Under the pieces are notes generated by a model. It did no database searches, was not told the DNA's origin, and saw only the letters and a program-made list of their open reading frames with translations. From Gemmatimonadaceae bacterium (GTDB lineage Bacteria; Gemmatimonadota; Gemmatimonadetes; Gemmatimonadales; Gemmatimonadaceae): 64,000 nucleotides of DNA. The DNA is taken from the NCBI GenBank assembly GCA_036374155.1, contig DASUUI010000020.1:109-64108 (forward strand), given 5' to 3'. A program made the translations under genes and the position numbers. Below are positions 27,985 through 36,171 of this stretch, piece by piece (the first letter of the stretch is position 1; each line of letters starts with the position of its first letter).

Positions 27985-29165
27985 GAGACGAGGGCTCCGA
28001 AGCTCGCGAGGACCCGTCCGGCGCGCGCGGCGGCTTCGCGGATCCGTTCCGGAGTCGCGATGAACGACACACGGAAATAGCCTTCCCCGCCCTCACCGAA
28101 CGCGGAGCCGGGGAGCACTATTACGCCCTCCTCCACCAGCAGCCGCTCCGCAAACGCTTCACTGGGTATGTGCGATGGCAGCGGCACCCACAGGTACATC
28201 GTAGCCTTCGGGGTCGCGCACTCGAAACCGGCGTCGCCGAAAGCGGCAACGGCGGCGTCCCGTCGCTGGCGGAAGATCTCGACGTTGCCGGGGACGAAAC
28301 TCTCCCAGGAGTCCAGGGCGGCAGCTCCCGCGGCCTGTATTCCGAGGAAGCTCCCCGTGTCCACGAACGACTTCACCTTCGACAGCGCGCCTGCTACTTC
28401 CGGCCGGGCCACGGCCCAGCCGCACCGCCAGCCGGTCATGTTGTACGTCTTGGACAGTGAGTGGAACTCGATCGCCACGTCGCGCGCCCCCTCGATCTCG
28501 AAGATGCTCGGCGGCGAGTAGCCGTCGAATGCGAGCTCCGAATAGGCATTGTCATACACCAGGAGCAGATCGAGGTCCCTGCACCTGGCGACTACGTCCT
28601 GAAGGTACTCCCGGGGAGCCGTGGCGCCCGTCGGATTGCCCGGGTAGTTGAGGTACAGGAGCCTGGCACGCCGCAGCGTCTGCTCTGGCACCTCCGCCAG
28701 GTCAACGAGGAAGCCGTTGTCGCGGCGGAGCGCATAGCGGTACGGCTCGGCCTCCGAGAGCAACGTCCCGCCGAGGTATGCGAGGTAGCCGGGCTCAGGC
28801 ATGATCGCGACATCGCCGCGCTCGAGGTACGCCAGGGCAAGGTGGGCGATCCCCTCTTTCGAGCCGATGAGAGGCACGACCTCGGTGAAGGGGTCGAACG
28901 TCAGGTCAAACCGTCGCTTCATCCACCTGACGATCGCTTCGCGGAACGCCGGGAGACCGAGTCCGAACCCATACCTGCTCATCTCCGCGCGGCCGACCGC
29001 GTCGCGCATTGCAGCCACGGCCGCGGGGTTCGGAGGGAGGTCCGCATCGCCCGCGCCAAGGTCGATCACATCCACGCCACGAGCGAGAAGCTCGCGCTTG
29101 CGTGCGGGGATCCTGGCAAGCGGATACTCGGGGAGAGTGAGAAGTCTGGAGCTGAATTTCGGCAT
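27981..29165 (-). CDS. PLP-dependent aminotransferase, class I (LL-diaminopimelate / aspartate aminotransferase-like)
   Basis: 394 aa with the PLP-lysine context SLSKTYNMTGWRCGW and N-terminal LPEYPLARI. Confidence 0.8.
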   Translation of the reverse strand: MPKFSSRLLTLPEYPLARIPARKRELLARGVDVIDLGAGDADLPPNPAAVAAMRDAVGRAEMSRYGFGLGLPAFREAIVRWMKRRFDLTFDPFTEVVPLIGSKEGIAHLALAYLERGDVAIMPEPGYLAYLGGTLLSEAEPYRYALRRDNGFLVDLAEVPEQTLRRARLLYLNYPGNPTGATAPREYLQDVVARCRDLDLLLVYDNAYSELAFDGYSPPSIFEIEGARDVAIEFHSLSKTYNMTGWRCGWAVARPEVAGALSKVKSFVDTGSFLGIQAAGAAALDSWESFVPGNVEIFRQRRDAAVAAFGDAGFECATPKATMYLWVPLPSHIPSEAFAERLLVEEGVIVLPGSAFGEGGEGYFRVSFIATPERIREAAARAGRVLASFGALVS

Positions 29166-29800
29166 CAGGACGCCGTTCTCACTGGATTCCTCACGCGGCT
29201 CACGCCCTCGATCTCGACCTCGACGATGTCGCCATCCTGCAGCGGTCCGACACCGGCAGGCGTGCCGGTAAGAACGAGGTCGCCTGGCTCGAGCGACATG
29301 ATCGCCGAGATATATGCCAGCAGCGCCGCGATCGGAAACACCATCTCGGCGCTGCGCGCCCGCTGCCGCTCCTCTCCGTTCACGCGCGTGACGAGTGTCA
29401 CGTCGTCGAGCCGCGGCACGGCCGCCCCCGGTTCACCCAGCGGGCAGAACGTGTCGAATCCCTTGGCTCTGGTCCACTGGCCATCGGAGCGCTGCAGGTC
29501 GCGGGCAGTGACGTCGTTTGCAGCGAGAACCGCGCGAACTCCGCGCTCCGCTGCAGCCTCACTCGCATGATGCAGCCTCTCGCCGAGGAGTATGCCTATC
29601 TCGCCCTCGAACTCGACCTGACGCGACTGGGGAGGCAGCAGGATGGGGTCGCCATCGCGCACGATGCTGGATGGCGGCTTCAGGAAGATGAGGGGCTCCT
29701 TCGGCACCTCGTTGCCGAGCTCCTTCGCGTGCGCGGCGTAGTTGCGGCCGACGCACACGATCTTCGAGGGCTTGTCGAGGCTTCGGGGCACGCTCCGCAT
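29165..29800 (-). CDS. fumarylacetoacetate hydrolase family protein
   Basis: KIVCVGRNYAAHAKELG, FLKPPSS, EGEIG and a C-terminal GDLVLTGTPAGVG. Confidence 0.88.
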   Translation of the reverse strand: MRSVPRSLDKPSKIVCVGRNYAAHAKELGNEVPKEPLIFLKPPSSIVRDGDPILLPPQSRQVEFEGEIGILLGERLHHASEAAAERGVRAVLAANDVTARDLQRSDGQWTRAKGFDTFCPLGEPGAAVPRLDDVTLVTRVNGEERQRARSAEMVFPIAALLAYISAIMSLEPGDLVLTGTPAGVGPLQDGDIVEVEIEGVSRVRNPVRTAS

Positions 29801-29841
29801 TGGGGAAATCTAGCCGTTTTCGCGATTTCGCTCCTCATTCG

Positions 29842-29874
29842 CCTCTACGTCATAGTCGCTCGTCCTCTACGTCA
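29842..29874. promoter_or_regulatory. direct repeat CCTCTACGTCA x2 at 22-nt spacing in a divergent promoter region
   Basis: Perfect 11-mers at 29842-29852 and 29864-29874, between the FAH gene (minus) and the hydrolase lipoprotein gene (plus). Confidence 0.3.
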
Positions 29875-29950
29875 GACGCCTCATGGGGTGCCCCCCGCCT
29901 GAAGTCGAACTTCGCTGCGTCCCGATGCATCGAAGCATCCACTTCTGAAC

Positions 29951-31216
29951 GTGAGGTACCGCATGCGCTCCAGAACTCTCCCACTGCTGGCCGGCGCACT
30001 CCTGGCAGCCACTGCCTGCGCCGACCAGAACCCTCTCGCACCGTCCGACGCGGCCTTCAGGAAAAGCAACGTCACCGAGCCCACGACAGGACCGTGGGCG
30101 CGCATCGTCGAGGGCGAGACGGGGCCGGGCTCACTGTACGCGCTCTACGTGCCGCGCGACTGGAACGGGGACGCCGTGTTCTACGCGCACGGCGTCCGTC
30201 CTCCACAGGCCCCTATCACGCTGAGCGACCAGGACAATTTCTTCGCGGTACGCGATGAGCTGGGCGCCCAGGGCTACGCGTTCGTTTATTCCAGCTTCTC
30301 GGAGAACGGGCTCGTCGTGAAGGATGGCGCCCTGCGCACGCATCAGCTGCGTGGGTTGCTGGCATCCGAGATAGGCGGACAGCCCGATCGCAGCTATCTC
30401 GCCGGATACTCGCTCGGCGCAGGCATCGTGGTATACCTCGCCGAGAAGTTTCCGCAACAGTACGACGGTGCGCTGACCATGTGCGGCATGGTCGGCGGCT
30501 CCCAGATCGAGCTGGATTACGCAGGTCACGTGCGCGCCCTCTTTGACTACTTCTACCCCGGCGTCCTCCCCGGCGACGTGACGCAGGTGACGCCAACTCT
30601 CACGGTGGCACAGCTCCAGGCGCTCGTCGTTGGGGCGATCATCGCGAACCCCACCGGCCTGTACGCCATAGCCAGCACGATTCAGACGCCGCTGGCGTAC
30701 GCACCGATTGGCAGCGTCACAAACCCCGCAGACCCTGCATTCCAGACGCTGGTCGGGTCACTCGTCACGGCGCTTTACTACCAGCACATCGGCACCAATG
30801 ACATGGTGATGCGAACCCACGGGCACACGCCGGTGGACAACAGTCAGACCGTGTATGCGGCCGGCACGCTGGTGATCCCGAACCCAGCGCTGGCTTTCCT
30901 CATCGCGCAGGCAAACCAGGGCGTGCAGCGCTATACCGCCACCCCGGACGCTCTCAACTACAACGAGAAGTGGTTCGCCCCGAGCGGCGACCTGCAGATC
31001 CCGCTCGTCAGCGTTCACAACCTGTGGGATCCACTCGTGCCCTTCTTCCACGAAGCCGCCTATGCGCAGGCCGTAGCAGACGCCGGCGCCTCGGCGATGC
31101 TGCTGCAGCGATCGGTGCCGAATTACGGGCACTGCAACTTCCCCACATCGCTCGTCATCAGCTCCTTTGAAACGCTGGTCGAGTGGGTGGAGACCGGCGT
31201 GAAGCCCGCCGGCTGA
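29951..31216 (+). CDS. secreted lipoprotein, alpha/beta-hydrolase-like
   Basis: Signal peptide and lipobox LLAATAC, plus the nucleophile-elbow motif GYSLGAG. The family is not identified. Confidence 0.55.
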   Translation: MRYRMRSRTLPLLAGALLAATACADQNPLAPSDAAFRKSNVTEPTTGPWARIVEGETGPGSLYALYVPRDWNGDAVFYAHGVRPPQAPITLSDQDNFFAVRDELGAQGYAFVYSSFSENGLVVKDGALRTHQLRGLLASEIGGQPDRSYLAGYSLGAGIVVYLAEKFPQQYDGALTMCGMVGGSQIELDYAGHVRALFDYFYPGVLPGDVTQVTPTLTVAQLQALVVGAIIANPTGLYAIASTIQTPLAYAPIGSVTNPADPAFQTLVGSLVTALYYQHIGTNDMVMRTHGHTPVDNSQTVYAAGTLVIPNPALAFLIAQANQGVQRYTATPDALNYNEKWFAPSGDLQIPLVSVHNLWDPLVPFFHEAAYAQAVADAGASAMLLQRSVPNYGHCNFPTSLVISSFETLVEWVETGVKPAG

Positions 31217-31251
31217 GTCGCGCTGAAGCATGACCGGTACAGCTCCAAACG

Positions 31252-31287
31252 GAGTGCGGCTCCGCCCACGCCGGCGAAGCCGCACTC
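31252..31287. terminator. hairpin between convergent genes (possible bidirectional terminator)
   Basis: A perfect 10-bp stem GAGTGCGGCT/AGCCGCACTC with a 16-nt loop. The U-tracts are weak. Confidence 0.4.
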
Positions 31288-31309
31288 TCTCACAGGCCGC
31301 CGCGTTCCG

Positions 31310-31846
31310 TCAGGCGGGCCCAGGCGGGGGGTGAGGGCCCGGCGGCTGTGGCGGCAGGTCGGGATGCCACCACTCGTCCGGTGCAGCGGGAAGCGGCTGG
31401 GCCGCGCTCAGGTTGTCGGCTGAAATCTCCGCAAAGATGAAGTCCTCCGACGGAACCGGCGTTCCTTGCAGCCGCCGCAGCATCGCGAGCTGACCCGCGT
31501 GCGTCATGGCGTCGGAGAGCGGCCCCTGCAGAAACTGCTCGTCGCTGATTCGAGCCTGCAGTGAGTCATCAGCGAAGTCGTCGCTCAGAGACTGGAGCAG
31601 GGAGTGAAACCGGGCAACCTCGTCGTCGAACGATGCGAGTCGCGGAGGCGCGTATTCTCCCCCGTGAAGCATCGTGCGCGCGTAACCGATGACACCGGTC
31701 ATGTGCCAGAGCAGCTCGTGAGGCGTGCGCACGTTGGGCCCCGCGCGAAATTCGCGATACGCGGGCGGCGCGCCACGCAGCGCTTTCTGGGTGCGGTACG
31801 CAAGCGCGGCGAGAAAATGCCGCAGCAGCTTCCGGGACGGCTTCAC
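31310..31846 (-). CDS. DinB-like four-helix protein, unknown function
   Basis: 178 aa with His-containing helices (LLWHMTGV, AMTHAGQLAMLRR) and a Pro-rich tail. A 4-nt overlap joins it to the M23 gene. Confidence 0.5.
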   Translation of the reverse strand: MKPSRKLLRHFLAALAYRTQKALRGAPPAYREFRAGPNVRTPHELLWHMTGVIGYARTMLHGGEYAPPRLASFDDEVARFHSLLQSLSDDFADDSLQARISDEQFLQGPLSDAMTHAGQLAMLRRLQGTPVPSEDFIFAEISADNLSAAQPLPAAPDEWWHPDLPPQPPGPHPPPGPA

Positions 31847-32781
31847 TGACCGCTCTCATCTGCAGCCTGCTCCGCTCGCCCCGAGCCCGCCGCGCTGCCG
31901 TACCAGCCGCCGGCGGCGATCAGGTCGAGCGGGTTCACCGCAAGCGCGCCGTACCGCGCGCTCCAGTGGAGATGGGGACCGGTGACCCTGCCGCTCGCGC
32001 CGACCGATCCGATCCTCTGGCCGCGGTCCACGGTATCGCCGGGGCTCACCAGCGTTTCGCTCAGGTGGAAGTACCCGGTGACGATTCCTGCTCCATGGTC
32101 CACGTAGATCACCTGGCCGGCCAGGAAGAACGTGTCCACCAGTGCGACGACTCCGCGATTGGCCGCGCGCACCGGCGCTCCGGTTCCGCCGGAGAAGTCA
32201 ACGCCGAGGTGTCTGCTGGTGACGGTGCCGTTGAAGCTGCGCCCCGAGCCGAACCGGCTGGTCACGCGCGATTCGCGCGGCTGGAGAAACGGCTCGCTCC
32301 ACAGCGGCGGGGTCGAATGCGCGCTGCGACCGATTGCCGTAGCACGACGGTTCTCGTCCGCGATCCGCGCCTGCGTCGCGGAGTCGAGCGGTTGCGTGAA
32401 CCGCGTCGCGACCGCGAGCCGCCGAGGGGCGGGCGCGGTCCGGGGGCGCGGCAGCGTCGCCACTGCACGCGCGCTGTCGAGCGTCCCTGATGCACGCTCC
32501 ACTACGACGCGCGCGACTACGCTGTCGGAAGCATCGACAGGCACTGCGCCGAGGGCGCGCCATGCGCCCCCGCCCGCGTACACGAAATGGAGCTGCTCGC
32601 CCGCCATCGCGCCGCGAACGGCGACCGCCGGATCACCGCCCCCCGGGGCATCGGACAGCGTCAGCCGCACGACTGCTCCCGGCTCCGGTTTGCCGGGGGA
32701 AATGACCAGGGCAGCCCGCTGCGCATCAGCCGGCGCAGCCCACGCCAGCACGAGCGCGCCAGCCAGCGCAGCCCTGCTCAC
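31843..32781 (-). CDS. M23 family metallopeptidase
   Basis: HLGVDF, VDHGAGIVTGYFHLS and GPHLHW. The start is set at GTG 32781 (GTGA overlap with the VOC gene stop), which gives the signal peptide VSRAALAGALVLAWAAPADA. Confidence 0.88.
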   Translation of the reverse strand: MSRAALAGALVLAWAAPADAQRAALVISPGKPEPGAVVRLTLSDAPGGGDPAVAVRGAMAGEQLHFVYAGGGAWRALGAVPVDASDSVVARVVVERASGTLDSARAVATLPRPRTAPAPRRLAVATRFTQPLDSATQARIADENRRATAIGRSAHSTPPLWSEPFLQPRESRVTSRFGSGRSFNGTVTSRHLGVDFSGGTGAPVRAANRGVVALVDTFFLAGQVIYVDHGAGIVTGYFHLSETLVSPGDTVDRGQRIGSVGASGRVTGPHLHWSARYGALAVNPLDLIAAGGWYGSAAGSGRAEQAADESGQ

Positions 32782-33161
32782 TCCGCAACCCCGATTTCGC
32801 TCATGAGTGCGAGGTGGTTTCCGTCGGGATCGGTGAACTCGGCGAGCCACAGCTCGCTCGCGGCCGTCCGGTGAACCACGTGTGGCGCGGCCTGAAAGGC
32901 GACCCCGCGTCCTGCCAGCGTCTCGTGCACTGCGCGTATGTCTCCCACACTGAAGTAGATCTGCGAGCCGCGCTCGCGCGGCCTGTCCCGGTCATGAACC
33001 CCTACTAAGAGCCGAACGTTCCCGCACCTGAAGAAGCTCATCTGCGGCGGCGCGGAAAACAGAAACTCCAGGCCGAGCGCGTCGCGGTAGAATGAGACGG
33101 CACGGTCGAGCTCCTCGACGGGGATGAGAAGCTGCCCGACTGTCGCGCTGGACAGGTCCAC
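32778..33161 (-). CDS. VOC (glyoxalase/bleomycin-resistance) family protein
   Basis: The start is GTG 33161, with GGAGG 6 nt upstream. 127 aa with VSFYRDALGLEF...FTDPDGNHLALM. The tracked 289-aa ORF is an overextension. Confidence 0.75.
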   Translation of the reverse strand: MDLSSATVGQLLIPVEELDRAVSFYRDALGLEFLFSAPPQMSFFRCGNVRLLVGVHDRDRPRERGSQIYFSVGDIRAVHETLAGRGVAFQAAPHVVHRTAASELWLAEFTDPDGNHLALMSEIGVAE

Positions 33162-33193
33162 GGTTGCCTCCGTTTGAGCGTTGCTGTGGCGTG

Positions 33194-33715
33194 CTACCGT
33201 CCTCGCGCGGTTCGCTCCTGCCATAGGCGCTTCACGAGCTGAATCTGGCCCGTGTGATAGGCGTCGTGCTGTGCGATCCCGACGATCAGCTCGCCGTACG
33301 TCCACTGCCGGCTGCCGGTCGGCTTGCGGTCGAGCCACGCTGGTGAAATGCGCCGCACGGTCTCGACAAGTCGAGCGTGCTCGTCCCGCAGCAGCTGCAC
33401 GTCCGTTGCCCAGGCGGCTGCGTCCGGCACGGCAGGCGTCGAAGGCCAGTTCGACGGGCTGCGCGGAAACCTCTCCTCTCGCCGTCCGCCCTCTGCGCCT
33501 TCCAGCCTCCGACGCACGGCGTACTTCCAGTATGCGATGTGCAATGCGAGCTCCCAGATGCACTTTCGTCCGAGGCCCGGGCGCCAGACCGCCTGGTCTG
33601 CGCCAACGCCGCGAAGTGCCCCCAACGGGGTCGGCCCGCCGTGCCACCCGCGTCTCCCGGGCGCGGGCTGCAGGTTCTCAGCGAGCAGCCTCTGAATCGA
33701 CGCGCTCATGAGCAC
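33194..33715 (-). CDS. DinB family protein
   Basis: 173 aa with IWELALHIAYWKY and AQHDAYHTGQI, typical DinB metal-binding His helices. Confidence 0.75.
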   Translation of the reverse strand: MLMSASIQRLLAENLQPAPGRRGWHGGPTPLGALRGVGADQAVWRPGLGRKCIWELALHIAYWKYAVRRRLEGAEGGRREERFPRSPSNWPSTPAVPDAAAWATDVQLLRDEHARLVETVRRISPAWLDRKPTGSRQWTYGELIVGIAQHDAYHTGQIQLVKRLWQERTARGR

Positions 33716-33724
33716 TCCTCCCGT

Positions 33725-34987
33725 TCAGGTCTTCCGCGGGCGCTTCTTCGCCGCCGGGAAGAGAACGTTGTTCAGGATCAGCCGGTAGCCTGGCGAGTTC
33801 GCGTGCAGCGCGAGGTTGGTCGGTGCGCTGCCGACGGCGTGCTGCGGATCTTCCGGGTCGTGACCACCAAGATACGTCCACGACCCGCGACCGTAGTCGC
33901 CATGCAGGTATTTCGCCCACGGCGCGCCTTCCTCGTACGCGAGCACCGTCACGGCGGGCTTGAGCCGCTGTCGCATGAAGCTCGTGGTCACTCCGTAGAA
34001 ATCGGGGATCACGCTGCGGTGGTTCTGCACGAGCATCGCGGCAACGGGGTCGAACTTGGGTGAGAAGCCGAAGAGGCTGACGACGCCAAGCCGCTGCCGC
34101 CGGAGCACGGTGTTCACGTGGTGCCCGTCGGCGTCGCTCATGCCCGGAGAGGTGGGCGGCTCGAGCTGAACCCCGGTGAACGCGAACGACCGCTGCCAGT
34201 CGAGCCTCGCGTCCGCATCGGGGTCGCGGGGCGTGCCGTCGGCTGGCGTGTCCGCGATGTCAACGTCGAACGCGGCCATCGCCAGCTCCAGCGTCTCCGT
34301 CGCTCCGCACATGGCGAACAGGAGGCCCCCCTGTTCGACGTACCGGCGCATCGCATCGGCGACGGCCTTCTTCAGCGCCGGCGGATCAGAGTAGCCGAGC
34401 CGCTGTGCCGTCGTCACGCTCTCGTGCCGCAGCCGCTGGAACCACTGCGCGGCGGCAAAGGAGAGGTGAAACTTGTTCAGCTGGCCGGTGAAGTCCTCGT
34501 GATGCAGGTGCAGCCAGTCGAAGCGGCTCAGCGCGCCAGCCAGGACGTCGTCGTCCCACACCCTCGAATACGGAATCCCGGCGTACTCCAGCGCCAGCGT
34601 GACGGCATCATCCCACGGCTGCGACGTGGGTGGAGTGTAGATGGCCACGCGCGGCGCGCGCTCGAGCACTACTGCGTCCATGTTCGACGCTGCAATCTCG
34701 GCACGGATCGCCTGCAGCGCGCTCGCGTCCAGCGGCTCGGCCGACACGCCCGCGAGAGCGGCACGTCGTCGCGCGCTGTCGGTGTCCACCAGCAGGAACG
34801 ATCCGCCGCGATAGTTGAGCAGCCATTCTGCCCTGGACCCATCCTGCAGCGCTCCGAACGTCACACCGTACGCCTTGAGGTGATTGCGCTGTGCGTCGTC
34901 CATCGGCAGCAACAGGTGCTGCGCGCCGGGCGGCGTCGCAGCGCAGCACAGCGCCGCGAGAACTGCGATCGCCTGGCGCGCCGTCAC
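33725..34987 (-). CDS. secreted protein of unknown function (last gene of the DUF4159 operon)
   Basis: 420 aa with the signal peptide MTARQAIAVLAALCCAATPPGAQ and a GTGA overlap with the upstream TPR gene. A class-I-amidotransferase/ThuA-like fold is suspected from the LLFAMCGATE context only. Confidence 0.6.
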   Translation of the reverse strand: MTARQAIAVLAALCCAATPPGAQHLLLPMDDAQRNHLKAYGVTFGALQDGSRAEWLLNYRGGSFLLVDTDSARRRAALAGVSAEPLDASALQAIRAEIAASNMDAVVLERAPRVAIYTPPTSQPWDDAVTLALEYAGIPYSRVWDDDVLAGALSRFDWLHLHHEDFTGQLNKFHLSFAAAQWFQRLRHESVTTAQRLGYSDPPALKKAVADAMRRYVEQGGLLFAMCGATETLELAMAAFDVDIADTPADGTPRDPDADARLDWQRSFAFTGVQLEPPTSPGMSDADGHHVNTVLRRQRLGVVSLFGFSPKFDPVAAMLVQNHRSVIPDFYGVTTSFMRQRLKPAVTVLAYEEGAPWAKYLHGDYGRGSWTYLGGHDPEDPQHAVGSAPTNLALHANSPGYRLILNNVLFPAAKKRPRKT

Positions 34988-36171
34988 GAGGCCGGTGGGG
35001 TGCGGCCGCGGAGAGCGTCGAGCTCCCGGCGCGCAGCAGGGAGCACCGCGCTCGCCGGGTACGTCAGAATCAGATGCTCGAAACGCTCCGCCGCCGCTTC
35101 GCTTCGACCGCTCCGCGTGAGCAGCCGCGCCTGCTCGAGTATCGCTTCCGGCGCTTCCGCGGAATGCGGGTGATCCCGCGCTACAGCGTCGTACAGACGA
35201 CCCGCTCCGGCTTCATCGCCACGCGCCGCGTGTAGCCGCGCGGCCCACATCAACATCAGCGATTCGGCGCCGGCGACTTCCTGCGCCGAGGCGGCGAGCC
35301 CGCGCGCAGCGCCTGCGCTATCGCCGCGGGCCAGCGCGAGGACCGCGGTTCCGAACACAGGGGCAATCGTCGCGCGCGTGCGGGAAAGCACGGCGAGCGG
35401 CTGAATGGCGCCTGGATCTGCGTCGTCCGCGCGCATGAGCAGCGAGCGCGCTGCGGCCAGATCCCCTGAGTACAGCGCGAGCCACGCGCGGGCCGGAGCA
35501 TCGGCCGGCAACCCGGCGTCGGCCGCAACCCGGCGGGCGCGGTCCACGTCACCAGCCCGCGCCGCTGCCAGTGCCAGCTGGCCAGCCGTCTCGTGGTCCC
35601 GGCCCCGCGAGTACCGATCCTCGAGGATCTCCCGCGCAACGTCCCACAAACCGGCTGCGAGCACGTGCTCGGCAAGCTCGTCCGCAATCGTGCGCAACGA
35701 GTCCGACGCCACGCCGGAACGGATACGCCGCCACAGACCTCTCGCGTCGGCAGCCGGAAGCGGCGCGATGGCGTACAGCTGTCTGTACGCCTCCGGCTCC
35801 GATGGACGCGCGGCGATCCACTCGCTCGCGAACACGCGTGCCGCTGTGCGGCGCTCGAGACGGAGGAGCGTCCTGACGTACATGGACCGTATGAGCTCGT
35901 GGGCGTCCTGCCCGCGCACCAGCTCGGCAAGTACCGCCTCCAGCTCCTCCGCCCGCCCGAGGGTAAGAAGCGCCCGCTCGAGCCCGAAGGCCGCCTGCAC
36001 CGCGTCGGGTCCACGAATTTCCGCGCGATACAGCACCGCGGCCTCTTCCCAGCGCGAAGCGTCCTCGAGCTCCAGCGCGCGGTACACCGCACTCTCCTGA
36101 GCCGATGACGGCGTGACGGCCGGTCCCAGGAAGACTGCGACAGCGGCGACGAGCGTCCTACCTGGCGCCAT
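34984..36171 (-). CDS. periplasmic TPR-repeat protein
   Basis: 395 aa, with a signal peptide ending in SSAQE, Ala-rich helical repeats and a YbgF/CpoB-like C-terminus (ERFEHLILTYPASAVLPAARREL). Confidence 0.65.
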   Translation of the reverse strand: MAPGRTLVAAVAVFLGPAVTPSSAQESAVYRALELEDASRWEEAAVLYRAEIRGPDAVQAAFGLERALLTLGRAEELEAVLAELVRGQDAHELIRSMYVRTLLRLERRTAARVFASEWIAARPSEPEAYRQLYAIAPLPAADARGLWRRIRSGVASDSLRTIADELAEHVLAAGLWDVAREILEDRYSRGRDHETAGQLALAAARAGDVDRARRVAADAGLPADAPARAWLALYSGDLAAARSLLMRADDADPGAIQPLAVLSRTRATIAPVFGTAVLALARGDSAGAARGLAASAQEVAGAESLMLMWAARLHAARGDEAGAGRLYDAVARDHPHSAEAPEAILEQARLLTRSGRSEAAAERFEHLILTYPASAVLPAARRELDALRGRTPPAS

